NCBI GenBank assembly: GCA_018402195.1
Contig: JAGYIW010000003.1
Span: 8,858 to 72,857 of the forward strand
Reading direction: 5' to 3'
DNA from: Gammaproteobacteria bacterium
GTDB taxonomy: Bacteria > Pseudomonadota > Gammaproteobacteria > M30B25
DNA: 64,000 nucleotides
The translations under genes and the position numbers were made by a program. The notes beneath the pieces are model-generated. The model saw only the letters and a program-made list of their open reading frames with translations. It searched no databases and was not told the origin of the DNA. Shown here piece by piece: positions 32,525 through 41,734 of this stretch (the first letter of the stretch is position 1; every line of letters begins with the position of its first letter).

Positions 32525-33415
32525 ATGAGTAAACATACCACTTTCACCCGCGTGGCTTTGATGGCCTGTAAAAATCGTGAGCTTTTGGCGGAGACCTTTC
32601 AGGCAACACTTAATGTGCTTAGGCAAGCCAATATTGATCTGGTTGTTGATACTACTACGGCAGAACGCCTGCATTTATCTGAAATCCAAGCCGTGCCAAA
32701 AGATACTTTAAACCAACATGCTGATATCATATGCGTGGTGGGTGGTGACGGCAGCTTGCTGCAAGCGGCACAAACAGCGTTAGATCAGCAATTACCTATC
32801 ATAGGCGTGAATCGTGGCAGTGTGGGATTTCTGGCTGACATTCATCCTCACAATCTTGATGCCTTGATATCTGTTCTACAGGGGAAATACAAAAGTGAAG
32901 ATCGTTTTCTTCTTAATGTCTCAGTCAAACATCAGGACAAATCCATTTTCCAAGCCAAAGCCCTTAACGACATGGTACTCCATAAAAGCAGGGCCGTGAA
33001 TATGATTGAATTTGACACTACCATTGACGACAGACCATTATGTAATCAACGTGCTGACGGCCTGGTAGTGGCAACACCTACTGGCTCTACTGCCTACGCG
33101 CTATCCGGCGGCGGTCCGATTATCTACCCAGAGCAAAATGTCGTTGTGATTGTCCCTATGTTACCACATAAACTCAGTAGCCGCCCCATTGTTATCAATG
33201 GTCATTCGTGTTTGGACATTCATATTTCCCCCCACAATCCTGAGCCACCTTGCATTAGCTGTGATGGCCAAGAAAGTTTTACTGTGCCTCTAGATGCCCA
33301 TATTATCATCCGCGAAGAAAGCAAGAAAATTCAGCTCATTCACCCAGAGAGCTATGATTACTTTGAGACTCTCAGGTTAAAACTGGGATGGGAAAACAAA
33401 CCGCTGGCAAACTAA
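32525..33415 (+). CDS. nadK: NAD kinase
   Basis: GGDGSLL motif, 296 aa, and the conserved grpE / nadK-recN arrangement. Confidence 0.92.
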   Translation: MSKHTTFTRVALMACKNRELLAETFQATLNVLRQANIDLVVDTTTAERLHLSEIQAVPKDTLNQHADIICVVGGDGSLLQAAQTALDQQLPIIGVNRGSVGFLADIHPHNLDALISVLQGKYKSEDRFLLNVSVKHQDKSIFQAKALNDMVLHKSRAVNMIEFDTTIDDRPLCNQRADGLVVATPTGSTAYALSGGGPIIYPEQNVVVIVPMLPHKLSSRPIVINGHSCLDIHISPHNPEPPCISCDGQESFTVPLDAHIIIREESKKIQLIHPESYDYFETLRLKLGWENKPLAN

Positions 33416-33440
33416 TTCACAAATCCTATGGAACCTCACT

Positions 33441-35141
33441 GTGCTAACTCATATCGACATTAAAAACTTTATCACCATTCGTCAAGCGCATCTTAACCTG
33501 CACAAAGGTCTTACTGTGGTCACAGGAGACACCGGCGCTGGTAAATCTTTACTTATTGGTGCAATACAATTTGGCTTGGGCCATAAAGGCTCTCTTAAAA
33601 ACACCGATCAAGCACAAACCCTAGTCAGCTTAACCTTTGACATTAGCAAATTACCGACGGTTCAAGCCTGGTTGGCCGAACAAGGTTTCGATGAAGGGGA
33701 AGGTCAGTGCATATTGAGTCGAAACTTGACAGAAAAACAACGTAGTCGTTGCACCATTAACCAAATGCCCACAACTTTGAGCACCCTCCAGGTACTGGGG
33801 GAGCAACTGTTAGACATTCACGGACAACATGACTCTTATCTTTTGCTTAAAAATGATCAGCAACGTCAGCTATTGGATCTTTTTTGTGCCGACCCCACTC
33901 TCCCTCAGCAGGTGGCACAATGCTATCAACAGTGGCATCAACACACCCAGGAATTGGCTCAGACTAAGCAGGCCATGCAACAGCAAAAAGATCAGCAAGC
34001 CTTATTGCAGTATCAACTCGAGGAGATACAGCCTTATGACTTGTCTCCTGAGAGCTTGAAATCACTGGATCAAAAACAAAAAACCCTTGCTAATGCAGAG
34101 ACCTTGGCACTGGCTTGCCAACAATGGCATACCCAGCTCAACGGTGATCACCAGCAAGCAGTGCTCAATCAATTGCAAACGCTGTTGCACGATATTACTC
34201 AACTCGTTGACACCATGCCCCACGCTGAAACAATTGCTGAGCAGATCAATCAGGCCATTATCAACACTGAAGAAGCTTCACAATCGATTCAAGCCAACAT
34301 GTCTGAGCTGCAGCCTAATCCTGAAGCATTGGCTGAAACTGATACACTTTTAGGACAACTGGAAGATCTCGCTCGCAAGCATCGTGTTGACTGGCTGCAA
34401 TTGCAAGATAAAAAAGCTACTATTGAGAAAACCCTTGAGGCGCTCAACCGATCTGAGGCAGAGTGTGATGACCTTGAGGCTGCTTTGCAAACCAGTTTGT
34501 ATGAATACAAAGTAAATGCCACAATGCTCACGGCCCAGCGCCAAGATGCTAGTGTCCAATTAAGCGCTATCATTGCCCGACACATGCAGGCGCTGAATTT
34601 CTTGCAGGCCAAGGTTCAGATTGCTTTGATTCCTGAAGCTGATGACACGCCTCGTCGCCATGGTTTGGAGCAAGTATCTTTTGAAATGAGTACCAACCCT
34701 GGCCAGGCTTTGCAGCCCTTAAAGGCCGTAGCTTCTGGCGGGGAGATTTCACGAATCAGTTTGGCCATTCAGGTCGCTACTTGCGACAAGCACACTTTAC
34801 CCACGCTGATTTTTGATGAAATAGATGTGGGCATAGGTGGTAAGACTGCTGAGATGGTGGGGAAACAACTGCGTGATCTAGGAACCGGTACTCAAGTGAT
34901 TTGTATTACCCACTTAGCGCAGGTTGCCTCGCAAGGGCATCAGCACCTTTGTGTCAACAAAAGCGTTGCCGATGGAAAAACCCAGACAGGATTGACACTA
35001 CTTTCTCAACAGCAACGTATTGAAGAGATTGCCCGCATGGTTGGAGGTATTGATATCACCGAAAAAACCTTAGCGCATGCCGAAGCCATGCTGACTATCG
35101 ACACTGAACTGGATCCCAATCAAGGGATTTTCTTGCAGTAA
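33441..35141 (+). CDS. recN: DNA repair protein RecN
   Basis: Walker A GDTGAGKS, a long coiled-coil, signature ASGGEISR and Walker B LIFDEIDVG. GTG start. Confidence 0.93.
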   Translation: MLTHIDIKNFITIRQAHLNLHKGLTVVTGDTGAGKSLLIGAIQFGLGHKGSLKNTDQAQTLVSLTFDISKLPTVQAWLAEQGFDEGEGQCILSRNLTEKQRSRCTINQMPTTLSTLQVLGEQLLDIHGQHDSYLLLKNDQQRQLLDLFCADPTLPQQVAQCYQQWHQHTQELAQTKQAMQQQKDQQALLQYQLEEIQPYDLSPESLKSLDQKQKTLANAETLALACQQWHTQLNGDHQQAVLNQLQTLLHDITQLVDTMPHAETIAEQINQAIINTEEASQSIQANMSELQPNPEALAETDTLLGQLEDLARKHRVDWLQLQDKKATIEKTLEALNRSEAECDDLEAALQTSLYEYKVNATMLTAQRQDASVQLSAIIARHMQALNFLQAKVQIALIPEADDTPRRHGLEQVSFEMSTNPGQALQPLKAVASGGEISRISLAIQVATCDKHTLPTLIFDEIDVGIGGKTAEMVGKQLRDLGTGTQVICITHLAQVASQGHQHLCVNKSVADGKTQTGLTLLSQQQRIEEIARMVGGIDITEKTLAHAEAMLTIDTELDPNQGIFLQ

Positions 35142-35334
35142 GCGAGTCCCTTAGCTTCTGTTGCAGTCCTGTGTAATGGTCTTTCATATTCTTCTGAACG
35201 TGTTGACGCGGCACAGAAAAATCCAATGTTGCCCAATGATCTTCCATGGCATCCAAACTTTCGTTCGAAAAGATCTTAAAGATTCCGTACCAATTTGTTA
35301 TATCATCATGAATCATGCCTTGGATTTCTTCCAA
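35095..35334 (-). CDS. Small hypothetical protein (about 79 aa), paralogue of 35421-35648; the start is uncertain or eroded
   Basis: It shares the pattern W-x2-[IL]F-x-[IL]F-[SN]NE[SN]L-x-A[ML]...P-x2-H-x2-K...GL[QE][QK][KR]L[RK] with the neighbouring ORF. The frame is open about 36 codons further upstream with no start codon. Confidence 0.35.
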   Translation of the reverse strand: MEEIQGMIHDDITNWYGIFKIFSNESLDAMEDHWATLDFSVPRQHVQKNMKDHYTGLQQKLRDSLTARKSLDWDPVQCR

Positions 35335-35420
35335 GGAGGTTGCAGACGAATAACATCGATCTAAAAATGCTTGGTCTTCGTCTTCATTAGAATTTGCCCA
35401 TTTTGCCTGCTCGAAGACTT

Positions 35421-35648
35421 CTAGATCGCCCCTCTTGCAGCTCGATGTACGCTCTTAGATGATTTAGCATATACCGAACGACTGTCGAGAATGGTTTTCA
35501 ATCTCTTTTCAAGCCCTGCAAATTGCCCAGCCTGGTGCTTACGCTTATGATCATCTGGCCAAAGAAACTTCAGCTGAGCAAACTGATTTCCAAGCGCTGC
35601 AAGATTCTCATTGTTAAATAGACCGAATAAATCTTCCCACTGCCTCAT
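35421..35648 (-). CDS. Small hypothetical protein (75 aa), paralogue of 35095-35334
   Basis: MRQWEDLFGLFNNENLAALGNQFAQLKF... aligns with the first copy. The upstream ORF 35614-35826, in another frame, resembles the upstream extension of the first copy (VFALKNSWHA versus VFEQAKWAN). This suggests a frameshifted longer gene. Confidence 0.35.
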   Translation of the reverse strand: MRQWEDLFGLFNNENLAALGNQFAQLKFLWPDDHKRKHQAGQFAGLEKRLKTILDSRSVYAKSSKSVHRAARGAI

Positions 35649-35876
35649 ATCCTCTTTGTCCGCTTATTATGCGAGTTACTACTGCATGCCAGCTATTTTT
35701 TAACGCGAACACTCCGGATTTTCTTCTGGGCGGAGTACCCTCACTTTGCTGACCGTCTTTAGCACTACTATCTGACATCAATACCCCCAAGCCCAATTTT
35801 CTGTGTAATGCATAAAAACAATGCAATAAACCATTAAATTAAAATCAAGTACTGATTGAAACCCAATCATCCATGA

Positions 35877-36299
35877 TTATTTACACTGCGCACAAACCCC
35901 GTGAAGTACAAGATTGTAATCAGAAATGGTAAAGCCCTGATACGCTGCCAAGCGTTGTAGTTTATCCGCAATGACGCTGTCAACAAACTCTATCACTTCT
36001 GAACAACACACGCAGACCATGTGGTTGTGGGCTTCACCATCATCAATCTCATAAACAGCTCTGTCACCGTCGAAGCAGTGTCGCTTGACCAGGCCAGCAG
36101 ATTCAAACTGTGCCAGTACCCGGTATACGGTTGGAAGGCTAACTTCTTCTCCCATGGCGAGCAAACGGTTGTAGACTTCTTCGGCAGAAAGATGCGGGGC
36201 GTCCTTTTCAGCAGAAAGCACAGCAAGCACTTTCATACGTGGGATAGTGACTTTCAAACCTTTGGCTTTAATGTCTTGATCAAGAATTTCAGCGTCCAT
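35877..36299 (-). CDS. fur: Ferric uptake regulator Fur
   Basis: Motifs GLKVTIPRMKVLAVL, HNHMVCVCCSEVIEF and HGVCAQC. I prefer the Met at 36299 to the longest ORF (36365), which would leave only 12 bp to the divergent bamE. Confidence 0.9.
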   Translation of the reverse strand: MDAEILDQDIKAKGLKVTIPRMKVLAVLSAEKDAPHLSAEEVYNRLLAMGEEVSLPTVYRVLAQFESAGLVKRHCFDGDRAVYEIDDGEAHNHMVCVCCSEVIEFVDSVIADKLQRLAAYQGFTISDYNLVLHGVCAQCK

Positions 36300-36377
36300 G
36301 GCTTTTCTTTTGCCTATTTCTTTATTAAGATGTTCTAACATACTAACACAAACCACCGTCCTCAAGGAACCCTAGAC

Positions 36378-36698
36378 ATGACAATAAAATCAAACAATTA
36401 CAAACTCCTTTTTGGCATTCTTACCACTTTCGCATTCGCTGGGTGTATGTACATAGCCCCTGTTGATCAAGGCAAGACTTTTTCAGGCAAGCAGATTCAC
36501 GCATTAAAGTTACACATGAGCAAGGCAGATGTGAAAAAAATCTTAGGCGAACCTGTAACCCAACATCATGGCAAAAAATGTTGGACTTACGTCGACTACC
36601 ACTTTGCCCAACACCATCAAGACCGCCAACAACTTATCTTGAACTTTAATCAAAAAGATCAGCTGATTCGGGTTGAGACTAGGGTCCGACACTCATAA
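36378..36698 (+). CDS. bamE: Outer-membrane assembly lipoprotein BamE (SmpA/OmlA)
   Basis: Lipobox FAGC, the motif MSKADVKKILGEP, small size, and a position divergent from fur. Confidence 0.8.
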   Translation: MTIKSNNYKLLFGILTTFAFAGCMYIAPVDQGKTFSGKQIHALKLHMSKADVKKILGEPVTQHHGKKCWTYVDYHFAQHHQDRQQLILNFNQKDQLIRVETRVRHS

Positions 36699-36744
36699 GT
36701 CTACATCCAAAAAAATCGAAACATATCTTCTGAGGGATTATGCT

Positions 36745-37233
36745 CAGCAATTCTCGGTGAAGCTACTTGCCCAAATGTGCTGTGCAATATAGGCCCAATT
36801 TATGGATTATTTTCAAAGCAACCTATTATTGAAGCTATCTTAGCGCAACGAATGCATTATTTATTTGTGGCGAAACAAGATGATCAGAAGTATATGATGG
36901 AATGGGTTGATGGAGCCCATGAATTTAGATCGAGTTGAATGGGAAGATGAAGCAGGACGTCGTCATGTTTATGAGTGGGTCAATGATGTGCCTTTAAATG
37001 GGAAGGAGGATACAATACAGGTTAATTTTTTGCGTTGTTTTGTGATGAAGGCAGATAAATGTGGAAAAGAAAAAATAGTCTACCGGAACAGTTGGGTCAC
37101 TGATGTTGATGTGACTAGTGACAATATTAAGATACTGGTTCGTGCTGGTCGTTGTCGCTGGAAAAGCGAAAATGAACTTTTTAATGTGATAAAGCAGAAG
37201 TTAAAACGAAAACAAACAATGTCAAGGAGCTAA
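36745..37233 (+). mobile_element. Truncated IS4-like DDE element (left terminus plus a middle fragment of the transposase)
   Basis: The first 63 bp match 14705-14767 at 60/63 positions. It encodes EAILAQRMHYLFVAKQDDQKYMMEWVDGA (broken), then ORF 36907-37233 with ...VPLNGKEDTIQVNFL...YRNSWVTDVDVTSDNIKILVRAGRCRWKSENELFN, a DDE-transposase C-terminal motif. There is no right end. Confidence 0.7.
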
Positions 37234-37358
37234 ATATGGTAATTGTTCCATATCCCGCTTTGCTGATGATAAGTCACCCAGCCATACATAATATCTTTTA
37301 AACGTTTTAACAAATGCCTCAGCCATCCGATTGCTCCGGGCTGTAAGGTCGCACAGGT
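37222..37358 (-). mobile_element. Remnant of an rve-type (IS3-like) transposase
   Basis: The minus strand encodes PVRPYSPEQSDG, a frameshift, then MAEAFVKTFKRYYVWLGDLSSAKRDMEQLPYL. This corresponds to the conserved ...P-x-SNGMAEAFVKTFKRDY segment of integrase-core transposases. It abuts the rnfH stop. Confidence 0.5.
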
Positions 37359-37361
37359 AGA

Positions 37362-37643
37362 CTATGCTTGATTTTGCTTTTTGGCTCTGAGACGCCTAGC
37401 AGTCATGGGATCAACAGTGAGGGGGCGTAGTATTTCTACTCGATCTCCGTCGCTAACAGCCTCACCTGCTTTTGCGTGCTTGCCATAGATGCTAAATCTA
37501 TAACTTTGCTCGTTGATTTTTGGATATTTTTGTAACAAACCAGAGAATTGGACAGCTGTCATTAGCGTCGTACCCTCAACATAATTCACAGTAACTAAAT
37601 CGATATGATCTACCTCAGACGAATAAACCACTTCAATCGCCAT
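37362..37643 (-). CDS. rnfH: RnfH-family ubiquitin-like protein
   Basis: MAIEVVYSS...FSIYGKHAKAGEAVSDGDRVEILRPL is typical of RnfH. It lies downstream of ratA. The start was chosen at the Met at 37643. Confidence 0.8.
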   Translation of the reverse strand: MAIEVVYSSEVDHIDLVTVNYVEGTTLMTAVQFSGLLQKYPKINEQSYRFSIYGKHAKAGEAVSDGDRVEILRPLTVDPMTARRLRAKKQNQA

Positions 37644-38064
37644 AAACTTCCTCTGCCCTTTGCACAAAACACGGTAACATTTTTTCCACCGCCTGCTCAA
37701 AAATCAACCCAATAGCATTTTCTGCCAGGCGATTGGCATAAGTAAAATTTAAAGACAAGCTTACATTGCATCCTTCATCAGTTGCCTCAAATAACCATTC
37801 TCCTGCCAAAGTATTGAATGGCCCATCAGATAACTGCAAGCCGATTTTATTCGGCCTCTGCAGGCTATTGCAAGTGGTGAATGATTTACTAAATGGCCCT
37901 GCGGCAAACACCAAGCTGGCCGCCACCGTATTTTTATCTATACTATTAATTTGGCTGCTCTGACACCAAGGTAAAAACTGTGGATAAGATGCCACATCAT
38001 TGACCAGATCGAACATTTGTTCAGGTGTATAGGGCACAGTTGCGGTCTTGTCGACCTGGGGCAT
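37633..38064 (-). CDS. ratA: SRPBCC/START-domain protein RatA (YfjG, CoQ-binding family)
   Basis: MPQVDKTATVPYTPEQMFDLVNDVASYPQFLPWC. It sits in the conserved position divergent from smpB. Confidence 0.8.
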   Translation of the reverse strand: MPQVDKTATVPYTPEQMFDLVNDVASYPQFLPWCQSSQINSIDKNTVAASLVFAAGPFSKSFTTCNSLQRPNKIGLQLSDGPFNTLAGEWLFEATDEGCNVSLSLNFTYANRLAENAIGLIFEQAVEKMLPCFVQRAEEVYGD

Positions 38065-38144
38065 AAGAGTTACCTTTATCAAACGACAGCTTTTAATTCA
38101 GGATTTTACCTATATAATGGAAAGATAACAACTGAGGTTAAGCC

Positions 38145-38597
38145 ATGGCAGCCATTGCTTACAATCGCAAAGCGAAACACGATTACGCGCTACATGAACA
38201 CTTCCAAGCAGGCATGGTACTGCTCGGTTGGGAAGTTAAAAGCCTACGCGACAATCACCTACAGCTTAAAGAAAGTTATGTACTGATTAAAGGTGGTGAA
38301 GTATGGCTGGTTGGTGCCCATATTTCACCCCTCAGTACCCTTTCCAGTCATATCAAAGCTAATCCTACCCGTGACAGAAAGCTCTTATTAAGCAGAAAAG
38401 AAATCAACAAACTGGTTGGCGCTACCCAAGAAAAAGGTTTTACGCTAGTGCCCCTGCAGATTTATTGGGATCGTAACAAGGCAAAGTGTGAGTTTGCGCT
38501 CGCCAAGGGTAAAAAATCCCATGATAAACGTGCCAGTATCAAAGATCGTGACTGGAGTCGTGATAAAGCTAGAATCATGAAACGCCACAATCAGTAA
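38145..38597 (+). CDS. smpB: SsrA-binding protein SmpB
   Basis: IAYNRKAKHDY, GWEVKSLR and a basic C-terminal tail; 150 aa. Confidence 0.95.
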   Translation: MAAIAYNRKAKHDYALHEHFQAGMVLLGWEVKSLRDNHLQLKESYVLIKGGEVWLVGAHISPLSTLSSHIKANPTRDRKLLLSRKEINKLVGATQEKGFTLVPLQIYWDRNKAKCEFALAKGKKSHDKRASIKDRDWSRDKARIMKRHNQ

Positions 38598-38776
38598 CAC
38601 CACAAAAGTTATCAAGGTTAGTCATGAACACGTCTTTTCTTATTACTTAACACCATGCCAACAACAATGCTTCTGTCATCTCCACTGACCCACAAAAGGT
38701 GGGCGACGGTCGTTTTGCTGAATTGATTCAAGACATAGCCAAAATCAGCGGGGTACTGGACTGGTCTTTGGCTTAA

Positions 38777-39178
38777 TCAGCGCCCCACGTAATAACCTAT
38801 GCCTGCAACAACCGCCATAAGGAATGTGCCCCAACCCATATCACAAAGTGTTAGCGCCCAAGACCAGTCTTTGAAAATGGCATGATTGGTCAGGGCAAAA
38901 GTGCCGTAGGAGAATAAACCTGCGATTGCCCCATAAGCCATAGCCTCATGCACTGAATGACTTGGCTTTACAGCCAGCAAAAATAAGCCCAAGACCATTA
39001 TCATGTACACTAGTGCTGTCGCTAAAGGCTCTATCGTAATACTGCCGTTGTGCATGCGTAATAGGTGCCCCAAGCGATTGCCATAAAGCCCTGCCATCCA
39101 AGATTTAATCCAGATTATGTCCAACGCCACCATGGATAGCCCCATACTCAAAAGTACTTTGATCATTATTTTTTCCAT
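38777..39178 (-). CDS. DUF2177-like small integral membrane protein
   Basis: 133 aa with four hydrophobic helices. The motifs ALDIIWI, YGTFALTN and DMGWGTF are as I remember for DUF2177. Confidence 0.6.
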   Translation of the reverse strand: MEKIMIKVLLSMGLSMVALDIIWIKSWMAGLYGNRLGHLLRMHNGSITIEPLATALVYMIMVLGLFLLAVKPSHSVHEAMAYGAIAGLFSYGTFALTNHAIFKDWSWALTLCDMGWGTFLMAVVAGIGYYVGR

Positions 39179-39238
39179 ATTGCAAATTCATACGCCTTCA
39201 GTGTATCCTTTTCTCATCAGTGGGAAAAGAAGATTGTC

Positions 39239-39928
39239 ATGAAAATTTTAATTTTGGGTTATGGCGGCATCGCCAAAGCGCTTTGCCAAGTACTTTTACC
39301 TCGTGGCAAGGTTACAGTGATTTCTCGTCAATCTGACCTACCTTCGCCCATCACAGCCATTCAAGCCAATGTTATTGAAGCCCAATCTTTAGATACGATC
39401 TTGGATAAGATAGAGAATCCTGTTGACCTAGTCATCAATACCTTGGGTTTTTTACATGATGACTCTTGGGCACCAGAAAAAAACTTGGCCAGCTGTGATC
39501 CTAAACATCTGATGCATGCCATTAACATCAACACTTTACCAACCATGAAGCTTTGCCAAGCACTTCAGAAACACATGCCAGCAAACTCAGCGACAAAAGT
39601 AATTTGCTTTAGCGCTAGAGTCAGTAGTATCAGCGACAACCGACTTGGTGGCTGGCACAGCTACCGCATGAGTAAGTGTGCGCTTAATATGCTGATAAAA
39701 AATATCGCGCTGGAATGGTCTCGTAGTTTTAAACATGCTGTCATCTGTGGCTACCATCCAGGTACGGTTGCCACTCCTTTGTCTGCCCCTTTTCAGGCCA
39801 ATGTCAAACCCGAAAAACTCTTCACCCCTGAGCAAGCTGCTGACTATTGCTTGGCTGTGATTGACCAAATAACACCCAAGCATTCTGGGCAATTACTCGA
39901 TTGGCAGGGCCAGATTATTGCCACTTAG
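39239..39928 (+). CDS. Short-chain dehydrogenase/reductase (SDR) family protein
   Basis: N-terminal Rossmann motif ILILGYGGIAKAL and catalytic Y-x3-K (SYRMSK). Confidence 0.75.
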   Translation: MKILILGYGGIAKALCQVLLPRGKVTVISRQSDLPSPITAIQANVIEAQSLDTILDKIENPVDLVINTLGFLHDDSWAPEKNLASCDPKHLMHAININTLPTMKLCQALQKHMPANSATKVICFSARVSSISDNRLGGWHSYRMSKCALNMLIKNIALEWSRSFKHAVICGYHPGTVATPLSAPFQANVKPEKLFTPEQAADYCLAVIDQITPKHSGQLLDWQGQIIAT

Positions 39929-40231
39929 TTCACGCAGGTAAAAAACCGACAAAGGGAACATACCTATCGGCTTTTTAGTTGGCTGTTACTACTCGAAAGC
40001 TACCAGTACAGTCTCAGCAAAACCTTTCGTGAACAGCAGCACAACTGTTGTTTTATCTGCTGATTTTTCCGCTGCTTGTACAAAGGCTGCTGCCTTTCAC
40101 TCAGCATCTGGGCCTAAATTTCAAACCATCTTTTGAAAATCCATCAAGAACGCCTTTCATTATCAATAGCAAATATCCATAACTAAACTGCTGTGTTACC
40201 ATGTGCGAGGTCCACTTAATGGAGAAAAGCC

Positions 40232-41647
40232 ATGACCACCATCCACTGGTTCAGACAAGATCTAAGACTTGCCGACAACCCTGCCTTGGCAGCAGCAGCT
40301 GAGAGCGAGGACGTTTTGTGCATCTATATTCTTGATGACATCAATGCCCAATCTTGGGCCATGGGTGCTGCGAGCCGAGTATGGCTTTACCATACACTCG
40401 ATGCTTTAAACAAAACTCTTCAAGGCCATCTCCATATTCTTCAAGGTAATTCTAAAGCCATTCTCTCTGAACTTGCAACATCGCATGGCATCAAACGTGT
40501 CACTTGGAATCGCTGCTATGAACCTTGGCGTATTGTCAGAGACACTGACATCAAAACAACATTGAAAGACCAGGACATTCAAGTGCGTACCTACAATGGC
40601 AGCCTGTGTTGGGAACCTCATACCGTATTAAAAAATGACAGCACTCCATACCGTGTCTTCACACCCTATTATCGTAAGGGCTGCCTTCGTGCCACACCAC
40701 CTTCTTTACCTATAGATTCCCCCAAAATTACCCATGCCAATCTTAAGCCCAAACAAGCTTGCTCCTTGGAAGACCTCAACCTACTACCAAAAAAAGACTG
40801 GCATCAATCTCTGATCAAACATTGGCAAGTTGGTGAGCATGCTGCCATGCAAAAACTTGAAGCTTTTATTGACGAAGGTCTTCATCAATACAAAGAAGGC
40901 CGAAATTTCCCAGGACAAAAACATGTTTCCCGCTTATCACCCCATCTGCACTGGGGAGAAATTTCCCCCAGACAGATTTGGCAGGCCATTCAATCAATTG
41001 CCCTGAATGACAATACTGACCATTTTCTCAGTGAGCTTGGCTGGCGCGAATTCTCATACTATTTGCTTTATCACTTCCCCAGCCTGCCTGAAGAAAATTT
41101 CCAGGCAAAATTTGATTACTTCCCCTGGCGAAACAACAAACGTCTATTACAAGCATGGCAAAATGGCTCCACTGGCTACCCTATTGTTGATGCTGGCATG
41201 CGAGAGCTTTGGCAGACTGGCTATATGCATAACCGGGTGCGCATGATTGTTGGATCCTTTTTGGTAAAAAATCTGGGCATACACTGGCATGAAGGTGCCA
41301 AGTGGTTTTGGAATTGCTTGGTAGATGCGGACCTGGCCAGTAACTCAGCCAGTTGGCAGTGGATAGCTGGCTGTGGTGCCGATGCCGCGCCTTATTTTCG
41401 CATCTTTAACCCTGTCACTCAGGGAGAAAAGTTTGATTCTATGGGTGCATACACACGCCAATATGTGCCAGAGCTAGCTGACCTTCCTGATAAATATTTA
41501 TTTAAACCCTGGGAAGCTCCTGAGACTGTTTTGGCTCAAGCCAACATCATCCTGGGTATTAACTATCCCAAACCAATTATTAAATTAGCACAGTCGAGGC
41601 AAGCCGCCCTTGATGCTTATGAAAAAGTAAAAAAAGCCTCGCCTTGA
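40232..41647 (+). CDS. phrB: Deoxyribodipyrimidine photolyase (cryptochrome/photolyase family)
   Basis: WFRQDLRLADNPAL, GWREFSYYLL, TGYPIVDAGMRELWQTGYMHNRVRM and SWQWIAGCGADAAPYFRIFNP. Confidence 0.93.
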   Translation: MTTIHWFRQDLRLADNPALAAAAESEDVLCIYILDDINAQSWAMGAASRVWLYHTLDALNKTLQGHLHILQGNSKAILSELATSHGIKRVTWNRCYEPWRIVRDTDIKTTLKDQDIQVRTYNGSLCWEPHTVLKNDSTPYRVFTPYYRKGCLRATPPSLPIDSPKITHANLKPKQACSLEDLNLLPKKDWHQSLIKHWQVGEHAAMQKLEAFIDEGLHQYKEGRNFPGQKHVSRLSPHLHWGEISPRQIWQAIQSIALNDNTDHFLSELGWREFSYYLLYHFPSLPEENFQAKFDYFPWRNNKRLLQAWQNGSTGYPIVDAGMRELWQTGYMHNRVRMIVGSFLVKNLGIHWHEGAKWFWNCLVDADLASNSASWQWIAGCGADAAPYFRIFNPVTQGEKFDSMGAYTRQYVPELADLPDKYLFKPWEAPETVLAQANIILGINYPKPIIKLAQSRQAALDAYEKVKKASP

Positions 41648-41734
41648 ATATTAACTATAACTACTGACAATTACCTTATTGCACTGATGATGCCATATTG
41701 GCATACTGATCGCCCCAAACATGCGTGAGAAGCT

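Noticed and set aside
35095-35648. Barstar-like immunity proteins, from a resemblance of F-G-x-F-x-N-E-N-L-x-A-L to barstar YYGENLDALWD
   Set aside because: The match needs a 3-6 residue insertion and covers only a few residues. There is no adjacent nuclease or toxin gene. It is too weak to call without a profile search.
39929-40231. Possible terminator AAAAACCGACAAAGGGAACATACCTATCGGCTTTTT after the SDR gene, and possible gene remnants in the 300-bp spacer
   Set aside because: Only a 4-bp stem (CCGA/TCGG) can form. I could find no convincing coding frame.
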